Source: Antedon mediterranea (Eukaryota > Animalia > Echinodermata). From it: a stretch of DNA of 64,000 nt. The stretch lies in assembly GCF_964355755.1 (NCBI RefSeq), contig NC_092670.1, forward strand, positions 3,152,201 through 3,216,200. Reading direction: 5' to 3'. Positions 14,277 through 26,758 of the stretch are shown here, piece by piece; position 1 is the first letter of the stretch; every line of letters starts with the position of its first letter. The notes under the pieces were generated by a model. The model did no database searches and was not told the origin of the DNA. It worked only from the letters and a program-made list of their open reading frames with translations. The position numbers and the translations under genes were made by a program.

Positions 14277-17200
14277 TGGTTATCCGCAACGAAGTTGCAG
14301 GATAACCTCTTGTGATTGTACGAAATCATCATCATCATCATCATTGGTTATCCGCAACGAAGTTGCAGGATAACCTCTTGTGATTGTACGAAATCATCAT
14401 CATCTTTTTCTTAATCTTCTTTCTTTCTGTATGATTTTTGTGTAACGCTTTTCTCTAAAACTTGCAAACATAACATTTTGTTAACTATGTTAACATTTTG
14501 ACATTTATGTAACGTCGTCAAGCGAAGCTTTTCATGATGTTTACAATTGCGCAACGTGACGTACGCGCAATTTAACGATTTCCTCGTATTTAACATATGT
14601 CGAAAACCAAATAACATTTTAAAGTGAAACTTTGCAAAAGTTTAATTTATATCATGCGCTAACTTTCTGTTGAAAAAAAATTGCGTGTTTTACACAAAGT
14701 TACGCGCGCACGCGCATTTAAAATTTCAAAATGCGCAAAATTAATTTATAATCAACTTTCTACGCGTTTCATGTCGTTTTAAGCATGTCAAAAATTCCCA
14801 CGCGTGCGCACATTTTTACGTGTGCGGTGCGCACGTAGCATTGAAAACGTATTTTTATCGCGTGATTTATGTTTTTCCAGCATTTTCTAGTAATTTTACC
14901 AAATTTTGAACAATTTCGACTTAAAGATACGTCATACGAGAACGTCGAATTGGACAATTTGCGCGCGTTTTTTATGAAAAGGTTAAAAAATTCGTTTAAA
15001 ATATGCCTTTTTTTAAACAGTCGTAATTTCTAAACTAGACGGTCAACTTTTTGTGGATGACATATTCTGGAAGTAGATGAGTTGTAGATATCGGATCAGG
15101 TATTAATATGGCTAACCGGACATTGTGACGTCATCGTATGGCCACGCGAATATAAAATTTAGGATTTTTGTATCTTTCGTCATAGCTCATCACATTGAAT
15201 AGAGCGCATCTCCACTTATTCGTTTTCCATTTTCACCCCGATTTTGATATTGTCTAGGTCAATCAACTATCTTTCGCATGAGTTAAAAATATTTTAATTT
15301 TTTTTACGTCATCATGCCTAAAAATTTAAATCACGTGTGGCATCAATTTCATCTTTACAGTAAATTTTAATCTGTTATAGCTCGTAAGAATAAAATGTGA
15401 TAATCACGATTAAAACTTTTTCTGGAAGGTATTGGATTGTAGATACGAAATTATGTAAAAATTTTGCCAATCGGATGTTGTGACGTCATCATATGGTCAG
15501 TTAAATAAAAAAGGTCGTATTTTCATCTTTTGCGTCATAATTCATTACGTTTAAAAGAGCGCGCATCAATATTTCCCGCATTCAAATTTCTTCTACACAC
15601 TAATACGTTGTTGCTGAGATAATTTCCTTTCGGAATTGCTACCTTCGCGTTTCATTTTAAAACCGTCAATATGTTAAAAATTGCAATAAATAGCGGGTCC
15701 CGTAATTTCACCTATTCTACACTGTATGTCACTGTATGTGATATGGATACAGATTATACTGTGTATACTATATATGAATTTAAATAATAAAATTCAGCAA
15801 TAACAACATATCATATTCTTCAGTTCAGGTCATAATGCCAACGTGAACACTTCCTTTTGTCCTCAACCTATCCCCTTAATGTTAATGTTGCACCACTTGC
15901 GCGGCGGATAACCAAACTCGTCAAAGTGACGAGTTACATGTCTAGTCAACTTTTTATTCTTCTTCTTTCTTTCTGTATGATTTTTGTGTAACGCTTTTCT
16001 CTAAAACTTGCAAACATAACATTTTGTTAACTATGTTAACATTTTGACATTTATGTAACGTCGTCAAGCGAAGCTTTTCATGATGTTTACAATCGCGCAA
16101 CGTGACGTACGCGCGATTTAACGATTTTCTCGTATTTAACATATGTCGAAAACCAAATAACATTTTAAAGTGAAACTTTGCAAAAGTTTAATTTATATCA
16201 TGCGCTAACTTTCTGTTGAAAAAAAATTGCGTGTTTTACACAAAGTTACGCGCGCACGCGCATTTAAAATTTCAAAATGCGCAAAATTAATTTATAATCA
16301 ACTTTCTACGCGTTTCATGTCGTTTTAAGCACGTCAAAAATTCCCACGCGTGCGCACATTTTTACGTGTGCGGTGCGCACGTAGCATTGAAAACGTATTT
16401 TTTTCGTGTGATTTATGTTTTTCCAGCCTTTTCTAGTAATTTTACCAAATTTTAAACAATTTCAACTTAAAGATACGTCATACGAGCACGTCGAATTGGA
16501 CAATTTGCGCGCGTTTTTTATGAAAACGTTAAAAAATTCGTTTAAAATATGCCTTTTTTAAAACAGTCGTAATTTCTAAACTAGACGGTCAACTTTTTGT
16601 GGATAGCATTTTCTGGAAGTAGATGAGTTGTAAATATCGGATCAGGTATTAATATGGCTAACCGGACATTGTGACGTCATCGTATGGCCACGCAAATATA
16701 AAATTTAGGATTTTTGTATCTTTCGTCATAGCTCATCACATTGAATAGAGCGCATCTCCACTTATCCGTTTTCCATTTTCACCCCGATTTTGATATTGTC
16801 TAGGTCAATCAACTATCTTTCGCATGAGTAAAAAATATTTTAATTTTTTTGACGTCATGGTGCCTAAAAATTTAAATCATGTGTGGCATTAATTTCATCT
16901 TTACAGTAAATTTTAATCTGTTATAGCTCGTAAGAATAAAATGTGATAATCACGATTAAAACTTTTTCTGGAAGCTATTGGATTGTAGATACGAAATTAT
17001 GTAAAAATGTTGCCAATCGGATGTTGTGACGTCATCATATGGCCAGTTAAATAAAAAAGGTCGTATTTTCATCTTTTCCGTCATAATTCATTACATTTAA
17101 AAGAGCGCGCATCAATATTTCACGTATTCAAATTTCTTCTACCCGCTAATACGTTGTTGCTGAGATAATTTCCTTTCGGAATTGCTACCTTCGCGTTTCA

Positions 17201-17482
17201 TTTTAAAACCGTCAAAATGTTAAAAATTGCAATAAATAGCGGGTCCCGTAATTTCACCTATTCTACACTGTATGTGATATGGATACAGATTATACTGTGT
17301 CTACTATATATGAATTTAAATAATAAAATTCAGTAATAACAACATATCATATTCTTAAGTTCAGGTCATAATGCCAACGTGAACACTTCCTTTTGTCCTC
17401 AACCTATCCCCTTAATGTTAATGTTGCACCACTTGCGCGGCGGATAACCAAACTCGTCAAAGTGACGAGTTACATGTCTAGT
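14277..17482 (+). mobile_element. Inverted pair of HINEs (inner 14345-15946 nested in outer 14277-14344 + 15947-17482), inserted in the body of copy 14114-18919
   Basis: Reverse complement of the unit. Outer flanks rejoin to GCTGAATTTT|ATTATTTAAA and inner flanks to ATCATCAT|CAACTTTTTATTC; no TSD. Confidence 0.88.
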
Positions 17483-18919
17483 ATTATTTAAATTCATATA
17501 TAGTATACACAGTATAATCTGTATCTATCACATACAGTGACATACATAGAATAGGTGAAGTTACGGGACCCGCTATTTATTGCAATTTTTTAACATGTTT
17601 ACGGTTTTAAAATGAAACGCGAAGGTAGCAATTCCGAAAGGAAATTATCTCAGCAACAACGTATTAGCGTGTAGAAGAAATTTGAATACGTGAAATATTG
17701 ATGCGCGCTCTTTTAAATGTAATGAATTATGACGCAAAAGATGAAAATACGACCTTTTTTATTTAACTGGCCATATGATGACGTCACAACATCCGATTGG
17801 CAACATTTTTACATAATTTCGTATCTACAATCCAATAGCTTCCAGAAAAAGTTTTAATCGTGATTATCACATTTCATTCTTACGAGCTATAACAGATTAA
17901 CATTTACTGTAAAGATGAAATTAATGCCACACGTGATTTAAATTTTTAGGCACGATGACGTCAAAAAAATTAAAATATTTTTAACTCATGCGAAAGATAC
18001 TTGATTGACCTAGACAATATCAAAATCGGGGTGAAAATGGAAAACGGATAAGTGGAGATGCGCTCTATTCAATGTGATGAGCTATGACGAAAGATACAAA
18101 AATCCTAAATTTTATATTCGCATGGCCATACGATGACGTCATAATGTCCGGTTACCCATATTAATACCTGATCCGATATCTACAACTCATCTACTTCCAG
18201 AATATGTCATCCACAAAAATTTGACCGTCTAGTTTAGAAATTACGACTGTTTAAAAAAAGGCATATTTTAAACGAATTTTTTAACCTTTTCATAAAAAAC
18301 GCGCGCAAATTGTCCAATTCGACGTGCTCGTATGACGTATCTTTAAGTCGAAATTGTTTAAAATTTGGTAAAATTACTAGAAAAGGCTGAAAAAACATAA
18401 ATCACGCGAAAAAAATACGTTTTCAATGCTACGTGCGTACCGTACACGTAAAAATGTGCGCACGCGTGGGAATTTTTGACATGCTCAAAACGACATGAAA
18501 CGCGTAGAAAGTTGATTAGAAATTAATTTTGCGCATTTTGAAATTTTAAATGCGCGTGCGCGCGTAACTTTGTGTAAAACACGCAATTTTTTTTCAACAG
18601 ACAGTTAGCGCATGATATAAATTAAACTTTTGCAAAGTTTCACTTTAAAATGTTATTTGGTTTTCGACATATGTTAAATACGAGAAAATCGTTAAATCGC
18701 GCGTACGTCACGTTGCGCAATTGTAAACATCATGAAAAGCTTCGCTTGACGACGTTACGTGAATGTCAAAATGTTAACATAGTTAACAAAATGTTATGTT
18801 TGCAAGTTTTAGAGAAAAGCGTTACACAAAAATCATACAGAAAGAAAGAAGATGACAAAAAAGATGATGATTTCGTACAATCACAAGAGGTTATCCTGCA
18901 ACTTCGTTGCGGATAACCA

Positions 18920-20499
18920 ACTAGATTTGAACTCGTCACTTTGACTAGTTCTGGTTATCCGCGCAAACGCAACCATGCACATACTTAACCATATGAACCT
19001 CGACAATTATTATGCCATCCTATGACATGAAATAAATATGTTTACAGTGCTGAATTGTACCTATTATGTAGCATATATCATATTACAGTATTTTACAGAA
19101 TAAACTGTATAATGTTATATACAGTGTAGCATAGACAAAATTACGAGACCCATCTTTTAAATCCAATTATTAACACAATGACGTCATCAAATTGACATAT
19201 AAAGATAACAATTTTAGAAGATAATTATCTAAATAATTACATTATTGCAAATTTGAAGAATTTTGGGCACGTAAAATTGAGATGCGCTCTCGTTTAAACG
19301 CAATGAACTTTTACGCAAGAGATGAAAATACCACTTTTTGAACTCAACTAGCCATATGATGACGTCACAACATCTGATTGGCAAAATATTCACATGAATT
19401 CGTATCTACAATCAAATAGCTTCCAGAAAACGTATTAATCATGATTATCACTTTTTATTCTAACGAGCTATAACAGATTGAAATTTACTGTAATGATGAA
19501 AATAAGTGACCCACGTTATGCACGCTTTTAATCATGATGACGTCATCACAATTTTAAAAATGTTAAATCATGCGAAAGATAATTGATTGAGCAAGACAAT
19601 ATAAAAAACGGAGGGAAATGGAATAAGGATAAGTGCAGATGCGCTCAATTAAATGTGATGAGCTATGACGAAAAAGACAAAAATCCTATATTTTATATTC
19701 GAGTGGCCATATGATGACGTCACAATGTCCAGTTAGCCATATTGATCCATGATCCGATATCTACAACTCATCAACCTCCAGAATATGTAATTAAAAAAAA
19801 GTTCACCGTGTAGTTTAGAATCTATGACTGTTTAAAAAAAGGCTTAATTTTGGCGAATTTTTTAACTTTTTCATCAAAAACGCGCACAAATTGTCCAATT
19901 CGACGTGCTCGTATGACGTGATTTTAAATCGAAATTGTTAGACAGTTGGTCAAATTACTAGAAAAGACTGGAAAAACATAAATCACGCAAAAAAAAAAGG
20001 TTTTTAGCGGTACGTGCGCACCGCGCGCGTAAAAATATGCGCTCACGTGGGAATTTTTGACATGCTTAAAATGACATGAAATGCGTAGAAAGTTGATTAG
20101 AAATTGATTTTGCGCATTCCGAAATTTTAAACGTGCGTGCGCGCGTAACTTTTTGTGAAACGTGCCATTTTTAATCCATAGAAAGTTTGCTCTTGATATG
20201 ACTTAAATTTTCACCAAGCGTCAATATAAAATGACTTTTGGTTTTTAATCTATGATCAATTATTGAAATTCATAAAATTGCGCGTAACTTACGCTGCGCG
20301 ACTCTAAAGTAAAAAAACGAAATGTCCTGCACTTCTACAGTTAAAGGTCAATCTTCTGACAAAATTATACGATGTAATGTTGATAAGAATTTGAGATACA
20401 CGTGACACAAAATTCTGGGAAAGAAAGAAGAATAAGATAGAAAAAAAAAAAAAAGATCCTTACAATAACAAGGGGTTATCCGCCAAGTGCGGATAACCA
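18920..20499 (-). mobile_element. Diverged HINE, subfamily C
   Basis: ACTAGATTTGAACTCGTCACTTTGACTAG...GGTTATCCGCCAAGTGCGGATAACCA; body colinear with subfamily A but clearly diverged. Confidence 0.8.
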
Positions 20500-20742
20500 A
20501 TGATGTTGATCTCGTACAATCACAAGAGGTTATCCTGCAACTTCGTTGCGGATAACCAAAAAGGAAAACGATCCCATACAATAACAAGGAGTTATCCGCC
20601 AAGTGCGGATAACTAAAAAAAAGTAACAGGACGATTACAAGGAGTTATCCGCTACTAAGCGGATAACTAATAATACAGAAAAAAAATGTTGATCTCATAC
20701 AATAACAAGGAGTTATCCGCTTGGTAACCAAGCGGATAACTA
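20500..20742 (-). repeat. Stack of four displaced 5' termini from different HINE subfamilies
   Basis: Hairpin modules end at 20558, 20615, 20669 and 20742, each with a different loop. Confidence 0.85.
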
Positions 20743-22333
20743 AAAATGTAAAATATATTTGTTTGTCTCTTGAACGGTAAAAGTTTCAATTTATATAAGC
20801 GCCCAGTGAAGCAGAACGAAGGCTGTGAAATGAGGCTAGATTACAAGTGCAGCTACGGCAAAATCACACTGTGGTTACAGAATAGCAAATTCGTGAAATG
20901 GTCAATCTTCCGACGACTCGTTATCATTAACCATATCAATTACTTTTGTAAAATTATACTTATCTGATGTAATTTTAGTCGGTCTTCCCATTTATAAAGT
21001 CAATTTTCTATGAAAATCCATCAAAACAGTGAAAAATTAGATAAGTTTGCACTTTACGTTTGCCGATTTTCGCACTGACTTAGGGAAAGCCTTCAAAATC
21101 AATGAAGCGTAACGTATACATTCCTGCTGAGCGAGGAGAGCGAGACGACGATACACGTGCTCTCTCTGCCCATGCCTGGCATCGTCACGTGATAAGCAGA
21201 TACAGTATACAATACCAAACTGGTCGGGTCGAGTATACCCCGTCTATAATCACAACATGAACGATGTACAGTATTTGATTGAAGGTCGACTCAACCTACC
21301 GGAATGGTATAGATAATATAGCTCGAATGAGAGAGTTGGAATATTTGTAAACATAAGTACAGTATTGCTAATTTTAACAAGTGTAGCCTATAGTAAAAGG
21401 CCTGGTAGTATCAATTCGCATAGGGTCTACTACACTAGCTAGCTCAATTTTAACTGGGCCGGATCGGCTAGGCTCTAGGCTAGGCCTCCTTCCTACTACG
21501 GTCTACTTGCTTGATGCAGTATCCGCTTTTTTGGAGAGTAAACTAGGCCTACTTATTAGACGATCGGGACACCATACGTGCGGACGGCGATCGGACCTTG
21601 TTTTGCCTCAATATTTACTGCCGATTTTTGTAGAACGTTTTAGGTTTAGATTGTTGTTTAGGAGTTTGGTTGATAGGATGGGTTTGGAATCCACTGAGTT
21701 TTGTTATTGATGGGCCAATCGTTTAGTAATAGGCTAGCTAGGCCCATGAATGATGGCCCCAATCAATGTTTTAACGTAGCCATCGTGGCATGGAATCCCT
21801 AGTCAGAAATGGCTCTCACCCCGGCATGAATAAAATGATTTAGGCTAGGCCTAGCCTAGTACGTGAAGCCGATATACGATCTGTACTATTAATTCGAGGT
21901 ATAAAAATAGTATAATTTATGACTCCGTAATCTGTACTAAATTTTGTATTTCATTAAATGTCAAATAAATATATGCTACTACTGTTATTATTACACTTTA
22001 GGCCTAGCTTAGGAAATCTACAAAAAATGTATTTAACAATGATCGGGTGGTCGTCGTTTGACAGAGGAGAGAGAACACAACGTACAAGCTTGACGTCGCG
22101 AGTTTGGAATCCACTGATGACGTGATTTTGTGAATATCTCATGAATATTAATGAGCTTCCCTAAGCTGCTGAAAAACAGATTTTCCATGAATTTACCCTA
22201 AAATGTATATGAAATTTAATTTTTTTAATTTCTTGTTATTACTTCTTCATTCTGACATGTCTATATTGTTATAATATTTTTTATTTAATAAATAAACGAT
22301 ATTTAAAAGCAATTTTAAACCCAGAATCCCCCT
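20743..22333. mobile_element. Kolobok-like non-autonomous DNA element (right part); probable host of the HINE nest
   Basis: Ends TTTTAAACCCAGAATCCCCCT|TTAA. The adjacent inverted copy of its left arm ends in the related sequence TTTTAAACCCGGAACCCC. RR..YY termini with TTAA are typical of Kolobok. Confidence 0.55.
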
Positions 22334-22337
22334 TTAA

Positions 22338-22883
22338 TTTCCCTAAGTCAGTGCGAAAATCGGCAAACGTAAAGTGCAAACATATCTAATTTTTCACTGT
22401 TTTGATGAATTTTCATAGAACATTGACTTTATAAATGGGAAGACCGACTAAAATTACATCAGATAAGTATAATTTTACAAAAGTAATTGATATGGTTAAT
22501 GATAACGAGTCGTCGGCAGATTGACCATTTCACGAATTTCCTATTCTGTAACACAGTGTCATATCGCCGTAGCTGCACTTGTAATCTGGCCTCATTTCAC
22601 AGCCTTCGTTCTGCTTCACTGGGCGCTTATATAAATTGAAACTTTTACCGTTCAAGAGACAAACAAATATATTTTACATTTTTTACTATTCATTTTAAAC
22701 CCGGAACCCCCCCCCCCCCTAAGCTGCTGAAAAACAGACTTTCCATGAATTTACCCTAAAATGTATATGAAATTTAATTTTTTTAATTTCTCGTTATTAC
22801 TTCTTCATTCTGACATGTCTATATTGTTATAATATTTTTTAGTTTAATAAATAAACGATATTTAAAAGCAATTTTAAACCCAG
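22338..22883. repeat. Rearranged copies of both arms of the preceding element: inverted copy of 20743-21088 (22338-~22712) and direct copy of 22160-22324 (~22717-22883)
   Basis: Direct comparison shows near identity in both segments. Confidence 0.85.
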
Positions 22884-23159
22884 TATTTGTTTTGCAAGTA
22901 CTAAAATGCTGAGATAAAAGGATTACTCAAGTACATAAAACGCAATCCTGTTGTGGTGTAGCTATTTTGCCTAAATTAGAAAACAATTAAAAATTAACAA
23001 CTAAAACATTTGTTTCCTTTATCTAGTAGCTACATTAGATCAACTTTCGTATGCACTTAGAGGTCCAGAGAATTTGACTTCAGAAATTGGTTTAGAATGG
23101 TCAAACAATCATTTTTGGCTTGGTTACACATTTTGAAAATGTGGCAAAAAACACCAATA

Positions 23160-23600
23160 GGTCCTTAAACCTCGACAACCACTGGTCACAGCAAGGTAAT
23201 TTTGGTCTCAAATTGATCAGAAGGTATACAATTATATTTAGTCTAATGGGACATTTTAGTGAAAAATTACCGAAAATGCCATTTCTGACCTTTGACCCAT
23301 TCCCCATGTATGTATCTCCGTAACTACTGTTTGTAGACACTTAAATTAGACACTTAAATTGCAATATACATATTACTTGTTGCACATTTTGAAAAATGTT
23401 ACAAACGGTCAAAGGGTCAGGTCAAGGGTTATATGAACAAACACAAATAAGGTACTTGTATCTCGGCAACCACTGGTCACAGCAAGTCAATTTTAGTCTC
23501 AAAATGTTAAGAAGGCATGCATTCATATTCAGTCTAATGGGACATTTTAGTAAAAAATGATCAGAAATGCCATTTCTGATCTTTGACCCACATACCAGGG
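23160..23600. repeat. Two diverged direct repeats with ~295-bp period, probably a decayed TE interior
   Basis: CAACCACTGGTCACAGCAAG, AGTCTAATGGGACATTTTAGT and ATGCCATTTCTGA each occur twice. Confidence 0.6.
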
Positions 23601-24170
23601 CATCTTTATATCTATGCAAGTACTGGTCGTAGGAACTTAAATTTGGTATCAAGTGTTGGAAATATACATATTTACATTCATTCTAACAGAAAATTTGGTG
23701 AAAAGATGATCAGAAATACTATTAATTACTAATGTTTCAAACAAAAAACATCCCTCTACACAACTTATTCTTATATAAATGTTATGCAATAACTGATGCT
23801 TTTTAAAGCATTTAAAAATGGTTTCATTATAGGAATTACAACAAATCCTTTACTGTTTGTAATTGTACTTTTGCTTATAATAATGCTAGAAAATATTGTT
23901 GACCCTTGAGGACGATCAAACATTAATAGGGAAGTCGAACTCAACAGTTTTTTTCAGAATGATAGAAGTAACTTACCGTCCGAATAAATACCCCAGGCAT
24001 TTATTGTTCAGAGGGGTGTTTAGGGGGAGGGGTGTTTATTCAGTGGAGGTGTAATATGGTAACATGTATAATCAAATAAATACACCCTAGATATAAAAAA
24101 TACAACACAATTAATATCGTAATAAGAATAACTGGAGTAAACCTCCTTCATCTGGGTGCAAGTACAATCA

Positions 24171-25501
24171 TACGAAAGCCCATTAATGCCATTTTAAGTA
24201 TATGTTTTTCGAACGTAATCCGTTATAACGAATTAGTAATTCGTTTGAACGGATTAATAATATGTTCAAACGAATTAGTAATCCGTTCAAACGAATTGCA
24301 ACATATACAACAAGTGCCATTTAAAGTATATGTTGTAATTCGTTTGAACGGATTACTAATTCGTTTGAACAGATTACTAATCCGTTCAAACGAATTACTA
24401 ATTTGTTTAAACGGATTACTAATTCGTTCAAACGAATTACTAATTTGTTTAAACGGATTAGTAATCCGTTCAAACGAATTACTAATTCGTTCAAACGAAT
24501 TAGTAATCCGTTTAAACGAATTAGTAATTTGTTTAAACAAATTAATAATTTGTTTAAACGGATTATTAATCTGTTTGAACAAATTAGTAATTCGTTTGAA
24601 CGAATTAGTAATCCGTTTAAACAAATTATTAATTTGTTTAAACAAATTAATAATTTGTTCAAACGGATTACTAATTCGTTAGAACGAATTAGTAATTCGT
24701 TTGAACAAATTAGTAATCCGTTTAAACAAATTACTAATCCGTTTGAACGGATTCCTAATTCGTTTTAACAGATTATTAATCTGTTTAAACAAATTAGTAA
24801 TTCGTTTGAACAGATTAGTAATCCGTTCAAACGAATTACAACATATTCTTTAAATGGCACTTGTTGTATATGTTGCAATTGGTTTGAACGGATTACTAAT
24901 TCGTTTGAACAGATTACTAATCCGTTCAAACGAATTACTAATTTGTTTAAACAGATTAATAATCTGTTCAAACGAATTAGGAATCCGTCCAAACGGATTA
25001 GTAATTTGTTTAAACGGATTACTAATCTGTTTAAACGAATTACTAATTCGTTTAAACAAATTATTAATTTGTTTAAACAAATTATTAATTTGTTTAAACA
25101 AATTATTAATTTGTTTAAACAAATTACTAATTTGTTTAAACGGATTACTAATTCGTTTGAACGAATTAGTAATCCATTTAAACAAATTATTAATTCGTTT
25201 AAACAAATTAGTAATCCGTTTAAACAAATTAGTAATTCGTTTGAACGAATTAGTAATTCGTTTGAACGAATTAGTAATACGTTTAAACAAATTAGTAATT
25301 CGTTTGAACGGATTAGTAATCCGTTTAAACGAATTACAACATATACTTTAAATGGCACTTGTTGTATATGTTGCAATTCGTTTGAACGGATTACTAATTC
25401 GTTTGAACAGATTATTAATCCGTTCAAACGAATTACTAATTCGTTAGAACGGATTACGTTCGAAAAACATATACTTCAAATGGCATTAATGGGCTTTCGT
25501 A
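24171..25501. mobile_element. Non-autonomous TIR element (IS3EU-like) filled with a 21-bp quasi-palindromic minisatellite
   Basis: TIR TACGAAAGCCCATTAATGCCATTT.../...AAATGGCATTAATGGGCTTTCGTA, flanked by CAATCA on both sides (6-bp TSD; alternatively 8-bp ACAATCAT with ends shifted by 1). TAY..RTA termini with a 6-bp TSD fit IS3EU. Confidence 0.7.
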
Positions 25502-25878
25502 CAATCATGATATTAAAAAGGTCGGAGACAACTATAATAGACCAATTCATTGTCATAATTGTGTATGACACTGTTGTATAATATTTTTGAATGTCACTGA
25601 CAAATTATACATATACATGGCTGTTCCCAGTGTACATAACACCTATATATGTATAAGCAACTGATTTACCATATGTTAACTATAACCATGCTTACAATTA
25701 ATAAAACTTGCATTTACAATATTTATTGTAGATTTGATCGATCAGAGGTATAATAATCAGGAGTTGTTATCACGAGTTGATGCTGTGTCATACTGTACGT
25801 TTGGTGTTGTATAACTTGATGTACTGTTATATTGTGATTGTTTGTTGTTGGATTGGTGTTGTGAATTATTTATTGTAA

Positions 25879-26758
25879 GGGCCCGTTTCTGCTGCCAAAA
25901 ATATACCATATATATATACGGTATATTTTATATACGGTATATTTTTTGGCAGCAGAAACGGGTCTCATAAAAAATATTCCGTATTATATGCGGTATATAT
26001 ACCGCATAAATATCCCCATCGTTTGTGGATATTATACGATATATTCCAAAATATACCGTATATTTCGTACCCCGTTTCTGCTGCACTCAAAATATACCGT
26101 ATATGTGACCCGGTCCATGGCACGATGTCAAAAACTAACAGAACGTGACGCGTTTGTTTGGTTTTTCTGCTGCATTGACACACATGTGTATAAGCAAGCA
26201 ACAGATCAAAATGTCACTCAGTGGACTGGAGAAATAACTATTTTTGCAATTCAATTGTGGGGAGCAGCGAAGGTTGGGGGAGACTGCATGGCAACAGAAG
26301 AGGTCGTCTTCTAGCCCTAGCGACTCTTCTTCTAGCCCTCCTGTCATCATCATCATCATCGTCGATGAAGTTGGATGTTCCGAGAAGAACAGCCGCCAAA
26401 GTTATCAGCAAACGCTGTCGTCTTCTTTGCATAAATCTAGTCAATGCCCATTCTACATTTCTAGATTGTGCTTGTATGTGCGGTGTAAATTCGTTGCCAC
26501 TTCTGCTCATTAGATTTAAAATAGAAAGCAATGCTACGATGTTTTGAGAAACCATCATTGTTTTGTTTTTGTCAGGTATAAACCTCACTACACGAGACTC
26601 TAGGTCAATCTATACTTCCGTCTCATGAAGTGCATTTTGGGTAAAATGAAAGCCAACTTTTTCACAGCCCACCCACGAAGTATGTGCAGCGGAAACAGTG
26701 CACGGATTTCATAATTATATGGTATATGTACGGTATATTTTGGATTGGCAGCAGAAAC
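25879..26758. mobile_element. PIF/Harbinger-like deletion derivative (right TIR truncated)
   Basis: TAA|GGGCCCGTTTCTGCTGCCAA...TTGGCAGCAGAAAC; homologous to 36244-37089. Confidence 0.6.

Larger units (their letters stand above)
1..20742 (-). mobile_element. Nested cluster of ~1.55-1.6 kb non-autonomous Helentron/Helitron2-type elements (HINE-like); 13 bodies in the window, continuing off the left edge
   Basis: In element orientation each copy begins TTGGTTATCCGC (subterminal IR within a 5' hairpin), followed by an (ATC)n/(TTC)n microsatellite. It ends GCGGATAACCAA + hairpin CTCGTCA-AAG-TGACGAG + TTACATGTCTAG(T). No TSD and no coding capacity. ACTAG ends on the + strand lie at 1115, 2644, 4251, 5788, 7313, 8982, 10664, 12192, 14114 and 18920. 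Confidence 0.85.

Noticed and set aside
515-18916. Repeated 60-90 aa ORFs (MSNSTCSY..., MLFGFRHM...)
   Set aside because: They recur only because the element repeats; they are broken by stops or frameshifts in several copies and diverged subfamilies, and show no recognisable domain.
1-20742. Simple head-to-tail macrosatellite
   Set aside because: Variable truncation points and displaced termini are explained base-for-base by nesting.
24223-25581. Heptad-repeat or LRR-like ORFs on both strands
   Set aside because: Artefact of a stop-poor 21-bp minisatellite within a TIR element.
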